DNA of 63,278 nt, filler included, from Lenisia limosa (lineage: Eukaryota > Protista > Breviatea): the NCBI GenBank assembly GCA_001655205.1. It is 9 parts of 9 records of this genome, joined end to end, with 100 filler letters (N's around TTAATTAATTAA, not from the genome) between each part and the next. Parts side by side here need not be neighbours in the genome. Positions count along the whole stretch, not along the records: positions 1 to 26,832 come from LPNZ01009748.1; positions 26,933 to 29,064 come from LPNZ01004372.1; positions 29,165 to 33,962 come from LPNZ01010702.1; positions 34,063 to 37,437 come from LPNZ01009178.1; 5 more parts are not named here. One strand, written 5' to 3'. The position numbers and the translations under genes were made by a program. The notes below the pieces were generated by a model, which did not search any database, was not told the origin of the DNA, and saw only the letters and a list, made by a program, of their open reading frames with translations. Positions 24,830 to 37,537 of this stretch are shown piece by piece; position 1 is the first letter of the stretch, and every line of letters begins with the position of its first letter.

Positions 24830-26640
24830 AAGGGGGACAGGGGTAATAAGGGAGAGGCAATGAAAAGAAACATTGGTGACACGTCATTGGAATGTCAAAA
24901 TATGCGCCCGAATATGGAAAATGTTTTAATATAGCTATATATTTGGCATTTTTTCATAAAAAATCATATGAATATGACTGTGCAATATTTTTCTCTCCTC
25001 TTGTGTCTGGCTCTCTACAAAATGGTGAATATGAGAGATGTAACCTGTGCAGACGGGGAGGGGGGAGCATCGTTGATAACCTTCTCATCTTTTAGATCTC
25101 ACTTTGAAGGAAAGTAAATTACGGGAAGATATACAGGTTGTTTCTGTTTACAATTAAGTTGAATGTTGAGCATGACAAATCTATTCTTGCAGACACACGT
25201 CCTATAAGTTCAGTCCATTTTTTTAAAGAAGAAAAGGTAGTATTTTGATGGTTTATTGGTCTTGCACACATAATCATTAACTTCCTTCTATGCTAAGGAT
25301 GATTTAAGAGTGTAATCATTTTTGATTGAGTATATCGATATGTGATTTAGTATAGTAGGTGGGGGTGGAAAACCTCGACAGGTCACAAAGAAAATAAATG
25401 ATGGTATTTTTTTTGTTGAAAAAGATTTTTCTCTGTCCTTAAATGAAGTCTGACACGTTTTTACTTTTCATTATTGAAGCGATACGTCAAAACAAAGCAA
25501 TAAGTTGGACTAAAAAGCAACATATAACTTACTCTTTAATTTTGTAACTTTTTCAGATACTGGCATGTGTAGTGTTTACATGGTTCTATATATCATCACA
25601 ATGTTTAAAGAAGAAAAGGAATGGAAAGCCATGTGAAAATGGGCCAAATAGGAGACGAAAAGTTGAGAAAAATCTTGAAGATCAGATCTCCTGGAGTGCG
25701 CCTCCTGATGTCTTTATCCTGTTTTATAGAACAACTAAAGTGTAATAAGAGTTTCAGTCAAATACAATCGCCCAATCTTACTTATCTTGATGTCACCGTT
25801 ATGAACCCGAGCTTTACCAATCATTGGAATCCTCCTCATTATCAAGGTACAAAATGAATTGCAGCATTTAAGGCTTGCCGTCAGAAGCTTTCCTGACTTT
25901 GGCTCACTCGCTATTGAGGAGAAAATCTATGTTCTCTTGCTGAGGACAAAGGCGTTCTACGTTATCTTTCTGAGTCCAACGCAGCTTATCTTGTTAACGT
26001 AAGAAGGCAACTATTTTGTATTCACTGTTACTGAGTACCCTTTTTGGCTTTTCATGTTCACTAATTGATTAGGTGAAACGTAACCAAGTTTCAAATTATA
26101 AGCATGTGGCAGTGAAGCGAAGACCTGGGCGTGCAACATACCTCCATCCTGATAGTGACAACCATTTTCTGAGACTTGTCTTGGAGTGTATTGTCCGTGG
26201 CGAGATCCCGAACACCACCGAGTTGAGACAGATGGTGGGGGGGGGGTAAATTTACATGTTCATTCTGTTTTTCTCTTTGAAATTCAATTTATTAAATCCA
26301 TCAATAACTCTATGAGGCCTTTATTACTGCCAAGAAATTTGGCAGCACAGCCCCTGCACATCCTCCCAGCAAAGACTGCTGCAGAGAGAAGGCTTTGACC
26401 GAAGGCCGTCTGATGCAGCATGCAGCTTCCCTTGCCTCTGTTATCGATGACAAGGCCTTCCATCCAGACATGGTCTGGAACATGGATGAGTCCATGGTTG
26501 ACGTCTCCGCCAATGTTTATAGAGCTCAAGGATGCTAAGAAGACCTACGGCAGACCCCCACTCCCCCAAGCCACATCACCTTCATTGGAACCATTGCGTT
26601 TGTGGGATCAACATAAACTGCATTTATACTTAAGGAAAAT
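24830..26640 (+). mobile_element. Decayed pogo-like transposase relic 3 with upstream terminal region
   Basis: 24830-25010 resembles 20450-20640. HPDMVWNMDESMV (about 26460-26500) and HITFIGTIAFVG match DDE_1 conserved blocks. Confidence 0.65.
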
Positions 26641-26832
26641 GGGAAGGGTAATAATAAAGCAGTTGGAGTGATATTTTGGGGGAGGGGGGGGTGGGTAAGT
26701 ATATTTATCATGATCCCTACGATCCCAAAAAAAGACTGAAATCTCGTAAAATCCTCGATAAATATCAATATTATACCGGCAGTCTTTTTGGACTGTAGGG
26801 AATCCTTATTCACGATACTTCTTAGAGAGGGG

Positions 26833-26932
26833 NNNNNNNNNNNNNNNNNNNNNNNNNNNNNNNNNNNNNNNNNNNNTTAATTAATTAANNNNNNNNNNNN
26901 NNNNNNNNNNNNNNNNNNNNNNNNNNNNNNNN
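26833..26932. other. Artificial 100-bp scaffold spacer N44-TTAATTAATTAA-N44 (first of eight)
   Basis: The identical six-frame-stop 12-mer lies at 26877, 29109, 34007, 37482, 41163, 47264, 50192 and 57888, each with 44 N on both sides. Confidence 0.98.
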
Positions 26933-28990
26933 TGGGTAGCACCCTGCGGAGCTTTGAAGGCGGTTCGGCCTCGGCAGTAACGGTGGTGGATGCTAAGGCC
27001 CGGGGTCCGACCGGCCCGGGGACGGATTCCGTCTGGGGAGTGTAAAATTGGATAATTTATAAACTATATATGATATGATATGCCATATTATATCATATAA
27101 AAAAATGTCCAAAATCAACACCGGGAGATATTATTGTAATATTAAATGTCATGTATAGAGATAAGAAGAAAAACACAACCTCGTATATATCCCAACCTGA
27201 TGATTTATAGTTCAATTCATATTTATTGAGGATTTATCGAGAATTCAGTCTTTTTTTGGAACCAAAGTGAAGCTCTATATTATCATATTTACATAATGCA
27301 CATGCATATAATCCATACTAGTATCACATAAAACTTAGAGAATAGGTTTTATTGATATCGTATCGTATAGCTTCATATGATATGTATGATATATATGTAC
27401 AGTGACCGGGATAAGTCCTGACAACCGATTTATTCTACGATTCGGTCAAGACTTATCACACTCACTGAATATACTCCTTATCATTTTTCATTCACCTACC
27501 ATGGTGCGGTATGGTTTGAGTCGAAGGTTGATAGGGTCGCGGACTGAGGGAGGCATTTTTGCTGAATGGTATGAATACAGACATTGTGTAGAAAAGGAGA
27601 AAAACAACGGGAAGGCTGAAGCTTTCCACACCCATCAAGAAAAAATGTTCTAAATAGAGATATTTTATGTCAATGACACTTTATCTCTTTGTTTCGAAGG
27701 TTTGCTCAGATTCGATCATTACCAATCCAAGGACTTTCTTTCGAGGATCTTGTCAACGCTAAGCTGGTGGTGGTAAGATCTGTATCTTCAATATATCCTG
27801 CATTTTCTCCAATGTAATGGACTGTTCAGCACCTCTCTTTATGAAGCTCCCACCGGGTTTTACCCTCGGCTGCTTTCTGGGACTGTTTAGTACTACATAA
27901 ATTTTGAATTTTATTGTTGATATTTACAGGGGAGGAAGTTAACCGCCAATCCCCCCCGTCGCTGTGGGCTTTACAAACCCTTGTAACCATTTCCTTGGCC
28001 TTTTGTTTGTGATAGTTTGGTGTTTTGGACTAAAGATTGCGCTCAAGCGACCGTAACCATTATTCCTTGACCTTTTATTGTGGTTTATTTTTAACTGCCC
28101 TAATCATTTGAAGAGGAAAAAACAAAACAAAATAAAAAAAGGAAGAGCAAGAGCAATACCTAGGGCTTCCCTACGGTCCGAAAAAGACCGGTAAAATATC
28201 GATATTTATCGTGGATTTTCTGATAAAAGCAGTCTTTTTTGGGGCAATAGGGAAGCCCTAGCAATAATTAAAATTGGAATGACCAACCAAAAATACACCC
28301 TACTATTACCCAGTGTATGAAGAATTAATCCCATAATAAATACTACCCTGCACCATTAACCAATATCCCTCCACCCCCGTACCATTATCCAGAGTATGAA
28401 GGATCAATTCGGTCTGTGCCCGTGCCGCCGCCTCCAAAACTTCGAGGGCCTTTGGCCGAAGTTGCCCGGTAGTAACGCGCGCCACGGGGAGTACTAGGCG
28501 TGATAATGTTCCGACTGAATCTTCGTGGTCCATGACAAGACGGAGTATAACCTGGGGGGGGGGGTGACATTTTATGAAANNNNNNNNNNNNNNNNNNNNN
28601 NNNNNNNNNNNNNNNNNNNNNNNNNNNNNNNNNNNNNNNNNNNNNNNNNNNNNNNNNNNNNNNNNNNNNNNNNNNNNNNNNNNNNNNNNNNNNNNNNNNN
28701 NNGTGCGCCCGACTGTTTTTGAGTTTCAGCCCTTCTAGTGATGCCGCCATGAGAAGTTCGTAGGAAGAAACCTGGAGTATAACGAGGGAATTGAATAAAA
28801 CTACAAACAGCCAACAACAAAAAACACCATTTTAGCGAAAGAAATAGAGTGTTACTACCCTCTCTCACTGGTTCGTAACAGTTTGATAAGTTGTGTTATC
28901 TCCGGGTGTTCTTTCTCTCTTTACCCTCCCTCCCCCACCTTTGCAATGCTGAAAGCAGCACAGATCGCCTTAAGTCGAACAGTGTCCTGT
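26933..28990 (-). CDS. Multi-exon host gene of unknown function (partial)
   Basis: GC-rich exon-like segments with GT/AG borders, e.g. 28306-28533 (RLVLPVARVTTGQLRPKALEVLEAAARAQTELIL), about 26935-27035 and about 28935-28990. No family recognised. Confidence 0.45.
27400..27468. mobile_element. Mini-MITE family E (TA|CAGTGACCGGGATAAGTC...GACTTATC...CACTG)
   Basis: 69-bp element with CAGTG/CACTG termini and inner inverted repeats. The copy at 52169-52233 is flanked by TA on both sides. Confidence 0.7.
28161..28260. mobile_element. MITE subfamily A' (TIR TAGGGCTTCCCTA) with degenerate 8-bp TSD
   Basis: Perfect 13-bp TIR with flanks GCAATACC / GCAATAAT. The copy at 38973-39070 has flanks TTGATATT / TTTATATT. 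Related copies: 26712-26806, 34415-34495, 37738-37783, 47657-47730, 51310-51395. Confidence 0.8.
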
Positions 28991-29194
28991 GAGGTGAGGA
29001 GGAGAGTAATGAAAATGTTTATCTTGGGGGAGTGCGAAGGGGAATAATTGTAACCCCCCCCCCCNNNNNNNNNNNNNNNNNNNNNNNNNNNNNNNNNNNN
29101 NNNNNNNNTTAATTAATTAANNNNNNNNNNNNNNNNNNNNNNNNNNNNNNNNNNNNNNNNNNNNCAACCCCCCCCCCCTCTCCCGCACACACCC

Positions 29195-31797
29195 ATCCCA
29201 CCTCTTCCCATTCCGAGTTAGTCTGGTAGAACAGCACGTCTCTGATGGTAATGCAAGGGCGCGGCGGAGTCCTGGAGAAGGGAGTAAAACGAAGGAAATC
29301 CCCATGAAGAATACTTGCATAAAGGCACTAATCATGAACCGATTGAGGGGGGGGGGGTGAAAAACGAAGGAAATATCGATGATGGGGTATAAAGCATCAA
29401 NNNNNNNNNNNNNNNNNNNNNNNNNNNNNNNNNNNNNNNNNNNNNNNNNNNNNNNNNNNNNNNNNNNNNNNNNNNNNNNNNNNNNNNNNNNNNNNNNNNN
29501 NNNNNNNNNNNNNNNNNNNNNNNNNNNNNNNNNNNNNNNNNNNNNNNNNNNNNNNNNNNNNNNNNNNNNNNNNNNNNNNNNNNNNNNNNNNNNNNNNNNN
29601 NNNNNNNNNNNNNNNNTATTCGGCCAAGTGTGTCAACACTTTAACCTCATTATCACGATCCAATACTCCCCTCTCAACATTAGTATTATCATATCGTATT
29701 ATATTTTAATCAATACCATACATTGTATATGATAGGTATATGATATACAATGATAACCCACCCAATCAATATATATAATATTAAAATGCAATGAGAAATA
29801 AAAATAAGGTTGTATCTGGAAGAAGCCGTTAACATAATAGACAATGATAACCCCCCCCCCCCAGGGNNNNNNNNNNNNNNNNNNNNNNNNNNNNNNNNNN
29901 NNNNNNNNNNNNNNNNNNNTAAAGTACACATCAATCTTGCGGATTGAAATCTTAACTCCATCAACGATCTTTGGAACCAGGCCGTATTTCTCGTCTTTGT
30001 CATCATCGTCCTTCTTCTTCTTCTCTTCTTTCTCTTTCATTTCTTCATCATCTTGTTGACTAGGTATTGTGAATAAGAGGATTAGGGGGGGGGGGGGNNN
30101 NNNNNNNNNNNNNNNNNNNNNNNNNNNNNNNNNNNNNNNNNNNNNNNNNNNNNNNNNNNNNNNNNNNNNNNNNNNNNNNNNNNNNNNNNNNNNNNNNNNN
30201 NNNNNNNNNNNNNNNNNNNNNNNNNNNNNNNNNNNNNNNNNNNNNNNNNNNNNNNNNNNNNNNNNNNNNNNNNNNNNNNNNNNNNNNNNNNNNNNNNNNN
30301 NNNNNNNNNNNNNNNNNNNNNNNNNNNNNNNNNNNNNNNNCTCAAAGAGTCATTTCCCTAATCATTTACCTTCGGACTCGGTGCAACCCTCCTGGAATAA
30401 TGGTGGTAGACTTATCCCGTGACCGGGATAAGTCTGTCCGAAGAGTATCGATATATAAAAACTCTATGAAAAATCGATATTTACTGGCCTTATGGATATC
30501 CCTTTGATGTACCTATGTTTTTTGTGTATCTATAATAGTATTCAGTATACAAAGATTGATTTTAGCGTGCTATCAGAAAAAAAACTTCTAGCGAAACCCA
30601 GCATACCCCAGGAGAGTTTTCATAACCTTCGGTACAGGTTCAATCTCATGCGGCTCAACCATTTCAACCTGTTGGGGTGAGGAAAGAGGCATAATTGCAG
30701 TTGTGAAGTATTAATTGGAACTTGGATCATAAAGATCGGGTGATTCCTGCACAACAAGGAGTACGCCAAATAATACTCCATTTATTTGACTTCCATTTTT
30801 TTAAAATAACCCTCTCATCAATGGTCCTCATAGGAGAAATATAATCACAGCACTATTTTGTTAATTAGTACCCGCTGCCTTATGTGCGTTCCCCTAGATC
30901 ATCACATTAAAAAGGTTGTATCTGACCGAAGCATATTATCATATTAATAAGGTTGTATCTAGCCGAAGCCGTCCACCCCGTCACATCAATCAGGTTTTTT
31001 CTGGCCAAAGCCGTCAACATAATCACATTAATAAAAGCAATACCCCATAAAATGGTGGAAACGTGGCTTCTGCGTATTCGGCCTGATACAGCCATTCATT
31101 GTATTACAATATAATAATAATGTACTCCGACAAGGAGGAGAAGAAAGTTAACAATTAAACGTTGAAACTCTGGAAATTAAAAAGGAATAAAACCATTGAG
31201 CTCATAATAAGGCCAAAATTTAAGCGGAATAAACCCAGGTATAGCCACTCTCTGACAGCTCAAAAAGAATTCCCATTTAAACAAGAAGTTATTTAAGAAC
31301 AGAAGTATTTGTCCGATAAGAGAAGGTAGCAACCTCCCGGAAGAGAATACCCATTTATAAAACTCCATCATAACTCAAAAGAGTCTTTGCTCTTTGAGAG
31401 TCCACCACAGCCCACCATGATTTCATCGATCTGCACACTGACCGGCTCCGACTTCAGCTTGGTGATCGGAATCTATAGCAGTCATCGACGGAGGCTCCAC
31501 GGATCCCTTACTTTAATGCGTAGTTTGTTGATTCTGCAAGTGCGAAGCTCGGGGTTAGCGACACCAATAATTTCCCGGAGAACCAGATCATTCATTTCTG
31601 AAATGTAAGACCGTTATTACCAAAATGAAAGCAAACCAAGGTTCTCAAGAGTGGTTTCTCCCTTGAATGAGGAGAGCTGAAAGTCGCGCTTCTTGTCGAA
31701 GTTCTAAAATGGTCACTCTACCCCTATATTTAAAGTTTATTACCTTGAAGTACACTTCAAAGTACTTGCCCAAGGCTTTACGGACAATACTCTCCAT
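29195..31797 (-). CDS. Chorein-N / BLTP3 (UHRF1BP1/SHIP164)-like lipid transfer protein, 5' part
   Basis: Spliced exons MESIVRKALGKYFEVYFK|NFDKKRDFQLSSFKGETTLENL|EMNDLVLREII...INKLRIK|IPITKLKSEPVSVQIDEIM...KYGLVPKIVDGVKISIRKIDVYF...ITIRDVLFYQTNSEWEE follow the UHRF1BP1 N-terminal pattern. ATG at 31797; truncated by the scaffold end. Confidence 0.75.
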
Positions 31798-32193
31798 TTT
31801 GAAAGATGTTAGGTGGTTTTTCTGTCAAATACCCACAACTATATGAATTCTACTTATCTAAGACGCGCAAAACAACAGCTAAATGCTGGTTTTAGCAGAG
31901 GATTGTCTTCACAAAAAAGACGCCTAGCCTTTTACAAGGTAAGTCATGCCCTCTAATAAAAACACAGCGAAAATTATATAATTATATAACTGAAAGAACA
32001 AGATTAATAAAAATTTGAAAACTTAAATCAATTGCGTTGCGCGTACTACGTGGAATGTCAGGAATTTTTTCATTTTCCATTTTCCCCCGTGCATTTCCGA
32101 GAGGTTAGACTAGGTGTATAATGCATAGATCTACTTAGATAGGTGCTTGATTTGTGTGTTTAAAACCAATACATTGTGGTCTAAGCAATCACT

Positions 32194-33723
32194 ATGTCTA
32201 AAGAAGACAATAGCGAGGTTCTTGACCTCCTTACGCAACAGCGTAATAGCTCCTCATCATTAAGTGGCTTTGTTCACAAGGTTGCTTTCCCATTTTTTGT
32301 TGGCCTTGTTCCTCATCCAACAACTTCGGAAAAGCAGAGCAAAGTCAAAAAATGGTATCAGTTTTTCCTGATAGCGATTGACAGCCTTGTATTGCTCTCT
32401 TTCTTGGCATCTGTTGGACGTTTTCCAAAGTAAGAACAATCATTAAGTGTCACTATGTAGCTCGTTAGCATGGTTTTCCGATTCGGTAGCGCTGTTTCAA
32501 GTCGTATCGCCATCATGGGCCTTCCAGACCTTCGCAATCTGGTTTTATATTCTCTTGACTGCCTGTGGCTCGCTCACATTCCTATTCTTATACGCCCTCT
32601 ACACTGATAATGTTAGTTCCGCCTTGTTTGTTCGTATTTTCTAAAACCGCTGCCCTTTAGCGTTCTCGAAGGATCTACCCGTTGGTCATAACACCTGTCG
32701 CCACTATCGCTGTGTCGGCTCAAGCAGGCCCCCTCTTCGTTCCCGTTCTTAAGACCTTCATCATGGGCCTCCTCCCGTGTCTGACAATAAAGGTGTGCGG
32801 GGCTGATCGCTGCCGAGGAATTCGGACTATGTCCTTTCCACTCCTTATGGCATCTTTCTTGCAAAGCTAGTTGTTGAGTTTTATCACCCCAAGCATCTAA
32901 AAATAAACAAAATAAATCTAATTATGGGGGTTTTTCAACTCACTGTATGTTTTCGTTTTCTCCCTTCACGGATTCAATCCATAGTTTTATTTCCTTATAT
33001 ATCACATTTCATTTTGTCTTATTTTCGCTACTTTTCTCACCAACTTTAAATTTTACATTTTCAAAAACTTTAAATAGTACTGATACTAAAACAAATATCT
33101 CGTAGAAACGTGATGGAGAGGTAAATCATCGAAAAATTGCCTTTTTCCGAACATTGAGCAACACTTCAAATCACCCTTTCAGGAAGAAACGACGGCGTGT
33201 TGGGGCAACAGCGTGATGATGATCCTCCCAGCCCTGGTCGCCTTGTGCTTTCTGTTACTCTCAACTTTCGTCTACACATGCTTGTGGGATGGGGCGATTT
33301 ATGCTTGAAGGGGGCGGGGATATGCTTTGTTGAACTCTCCAATCCAAGCATGCCTGTGAGCTAACCTAATATGTCGATATATCCTCGATAAATATTAATA
33401 AACCTTGGATATACATATATCCTTCTTAAATATTAATAAGACCTCGATAAGCCTCAAAAACCCCGCAATAAATTCAACATTTTCGCTATCTTCTTGGGGG
33501 CCTCCTAACCCCCCAGCGGCTTTAACCCCACTCCCCAAACCCCGGGCTACGGACAGACCTCGTCTCCAATCGTTGCTGTCAGGATGTATCTTTACAAGGT
33601 TGGTTAATAATACAATATTGCTATTGTCAATTTTTGTATTAAACCTGTGTAATTTTACCCGATCTAGCTGATCTCAGTCTGCTTGTTCGTTATTGTCGAG
33701 TACTTTGACGTCACGTGGCTGGA
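32194..33723 (+). CDS. Multi-pass membrane protein, TmcB-N-like, 5' part
   Basis: ATG at 32194. GT-AG introns of 31 and 49 nt, then longer ones, join hydrophobic exons (PLFVPVLKTFIMGLLPCLTIK|EETTACWGNSVMMILPALVALCFLL). The family call is from motif memory only. Confidence 0.5.
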
Positions 33724-34529
33724 GGTAGGTGGGTGATTGTTGTGACAGAAGCTAGTAGGGTTTCACTTCGGAAAAAAAATCCAGTAAAATATTGATAGTT
33801 TTCGAAGATTTATCGAAAATTTAAGTCTTTTTTTGAACCGAAGTGAAGCCCTAGTTCCGAGGTACGCAGAAAGCTGTGTCTGCAGAGTTTTAATGCAAAT
33901 GATTGGGTGAATTAAAATGACACTATAATCCAATAGTATCTCTCTTATAAGCATGGTGTGGANNNNNNNNNNNNNNNNNNNNNNNNNNNNNNNNNNNNNN
34001 NNNNNNTTAATTAATTAANNNNNNNNNNNNNNNNNNNNNNNNNNNNNNNNNNNNNNNNNNNNCTCTTCTCGCCCCCCACGCACCGAATTCAAGCCTTGCC
34101 TTGGCATCTTTACACACCTCACACGTCCTCCCCGAAAAGGTGAACAACTGTGATTCTTTTTAGAAATGAGAAATAAAAAACAAGGTAGTATCTGGCAGAG
34201 ATATTGAATTATTGTACATATCATATACTATATTTACTATACAAAAATGAAGTAAATCAATCAATCATTCTTTAAAACTCTCTGTTTTGCGTGCCTCGGG
34301 CCATTGTACTACTGAAGGGTGATGTACTGCAATAAATATTAATACTGATAATAAGAATGCAAAAGAAATTTATATGCCTGTCTTATTCTTCCCGAAAAGT
34401 CGACAATCTTTTAATTATGGTCCGAAAAAGACCAATACCATATCATATTTATTGAGGATCTCGAGAAATTCAACCTTTTTTTGGGGGACCGTAATACCCA
34501 TAATCTACATACCTCATCTTAATACACCC

Positions 34530-36410
34530 AGGAAGCAGCTGCGTACGAGACGCGTCGACGCGAAAGAAGCGCGCTCAGATGGGAAGCCCGGACCGTTTTC
34601 GGTAATATTGGTGGGGAGGGGGTGTTATGATATATATTGGGTCACTTCGGGTCAAAAAACAAGAATCTGTTTGGGATGCGGTGCTGCAGAAGCGACGGGC
34701 CTGGGCTTTGTTTATCAACCCTTTGTCAGCCCAGTTCAAACAAAGACTGAATTTCTCAAAAAATCCTGGAAAACTATCGATATTTTCCTGGGGTTTTTTG
34801 AACCGAAGTGAACTTTTTTGTTTCATAAATTTGTCTATTTCACTTCCCCTCCTCAACACACACATCCACTCATCTAACNNNNNNNNNNNNNNNNNNNNNN
34901 NNNNNNNNNNNNNNNNNNNNNNNNNNNNNNNNNNNNNNNNNNNNNNNNNNNNNNNNNNNNNNNNNNNNNNNNNNNNNNNNNNNNNNNNNNNNNNNNNNNN
35001 NNNNNNNNNNNNNNNNNNNNNNNNNNNNNNNNNNNNNNNNNNNNNNNNNNNNNNNNNNNNNNNNNNNNTTTGGATATTTTTGAACATATTGAGATACCAA
35101 TGATGTATTATACGTGGGGCTTCACGCAAGCCCCAGTAATACTCACCTCATCTCCTTTTAGCTCTTTAACATCATCGACCTCTCCGAAACCACCCTCAAC
35201 AAGTCCTCTCCCATCACCACGCCACCTCTTTCTAAGTAAGCAGGGGGACTGGTCATTATTGCACTCAGATGCTGGGAAGGCACTAGGACAGTTTTTTTTT
35301 ATTGTCCCCCTTGTTTTTTTTTTTTTTGGTTGTTTCATGAAGTCACCCGCTCCCACAGCCAAGCCAAACCCGTCCCGTCTAGCCCCGACGACTGCCCCCC
35401 NNNNNNNNNNNNNNNNNNNNNNNNNNNNNNNNNNNNNNNNNNNNNNNNNNNNNNNNNNNNNNNNNNNNNNNNNNNNNNNNNNNNNNNNNNNNNNNNNNNN
35501 NNNNNNNNNNNNNNNNNNNNNNNNNNNNNNNNNNNNNNNNNNNNNNGGCTCTTTTAGCCACACCGCGACCCTCCGGCAATCATCTTGTTGTTGTCATGGC
35601 TACTACGGACTTTTTGGAGGTCACGCCTACCATGTGCGAACTTATTCGGTGGAAGGGGTGTCTTTGTCTTTTTCTTCTTCTTCTTATTTTTCTTCGATAG
35701 GTATTTATCCTCACCACCCCCCCCCCCCNNNNNNNNNNNNNNNNNNNNNNNNNNNNNNNNNNNNNNNNNNNNNNNNNNNNNNNNNNNNNNNNNNNNNNNN
35801 NNNNNNNNNNNNNNNNNNNNNNNNNNNNNNACGATAAACAAAAATAATACTTATCATATATAATATAATATTAATAGTAGTATTAATGCTGGAGCTCTAC
35901 TCAAAACTATTGTATACCCTCACGCCACAGATCGCACTCTGACCTGACTGTTCTGATGACGTGTCCGGGTCACGCCAAAATAGTCGCGCGCCAACTCACA
36001 CGCACGCAAGAGGCCCACGCAAAAAGTGAGGGGTATAAGTAAGGCTTCACTTCGGTGTTTTTCGATAGGTCCTCAAAAATTGTCGATATTTGACTTGTAT
36101 TTTTTGAACCGGTGTGAAGCCTAAGGTATAATAAAAGAAAATATTGTATTGTATCCTAAGAGGGGCTTTTAAATGTATACTATATAACATATAGGATATA
36201 GGATACTAAGTTCGGAGGGGGAGGGTGCAAAAGCGACTTTTTTTTACTTGTTTTTAATTATTTTTTTTTATATAATATATATATTTTTATTTTTATTTTT
36301 TTTTTGTTGAGCCTTATCAATTTTCCTCCTCCCTCTGGCCAGGCTCACTTTTTCAGTTGTGCGACAAGTGCACGATATCAAGCATAAACAGAAGGTAGGA
36401 AGGGGTAAGA
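34530..36410 (+). CDS. Multi-exon host gene of unknown function (partial, gapped)
   Basis: Exon-like segments EAAAYETRRRERSALRWEARTVF (about 34531-34600), about 35540-35650, about 35925-36025 and about 36342-36390, with GT/AG borders. Confidence 0.4.
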
Positions 36411-37537
36411 GTAAAGTATACAATTAACTTCCTTCGTTTTCCGATGGGATACGGAGTTGCAGAAGCAACTGGGCTGGGCTTTGTTATCAACCCTCGTGTG
36501 TTNNNNNNNNNNNNNNNNNNNNNNNNNNNNNNNNNNNNNNNNNNNNNNNNNNNNNNNNNNNNNNNNNNNNNNNNNNNNNNNNNNNNNNNNNNNNNNNNNA
36601 GCTTTTGATGAGCACAGTTGCCTCACTTCGAGCAGAAAACGTGTCAGTTAGCGTATATACACCCCCACGTTTTAGTATTTAGAATTTGTTTCATATCAGC
36701 TCTTCGTGTTTTTTAGTTTTGATACATTGCTGTTTTATCTTAATTACGGATTATCAATTCATAAATACTATAGTGGCCTGATTAAAAACATCTCACCTAG
36801 CTGTGGGCTTTTGTGTTCTCTTAAAACAAAAAGTTTTAGGCCCTGGTGTTGTGAGTGGAAAAATATTAGTCACGGTGTAGCAACGGGGGAATTGAGAATG
36901 TGTGTGATTCGTGAAAGCTCTGGACCAGGATGAAAAATAAACCAGTTAGAGTTTGATAAGCTGTCAAGCAAATTATTTAAAAGTTATCAAAATAATATTT
37001 ATTCAAACCGCAATATCTGGCAGCACAGAAGGTTTGGTTATAGTTAAAAATTCCTGATCCGATAGTACTATGTCATATTACTTCCCTCAAAACTCTCTGA
37101 CAACGCTCACTTGGAATAAATAAAAACATAATCTCACATAACTCAACCATCAACCGAAACAGGCAACAAACGAAGTACAAAATTTACTTGGTACAGGGGC
37201 TATTAAAACAAAAAATCGCTCACAAACGACGAGGTGGGTAATCCCCAGGGGCCAAGTCCCCAGGAAGTACATAGACGTTACAGAGCCTTGAGAGTAAATG
37301 TTTTGTTTTTGAACATAAATGATAGACGTACCTATTAGCAATAGAAAAGGCAATACCCTCCACTCCCCACCCCATCAGTATTATATGTAGAGATGAACAA
37401 TAATAAAACAAAGATTGTATCTGGCCAAAGCCGTCCANNNNNNNNNNNNNNNNNNNNNNNNNNNNNNNNNNNNNNNNNNNNTTAATTAATTAANNNNNNN
37501 NNNNNNNNNNNNNNNNNNNNNNNNNNNNNNNNNNNNN

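Noticed and set aside
26877-26888. TTAATTAATTAA palindromes as piggyBac target sites or biological boundary elements
   Set aside because: Each is always centred in exactly 88 N; this is a six-frame stop linker added during concatenation.
35070-35863. Long ORFs in the track that span N runs (also 29379-30422 and 39345-39904)
   Set aside because: Their length comes from X codons and they are not evidence of coding sequence.
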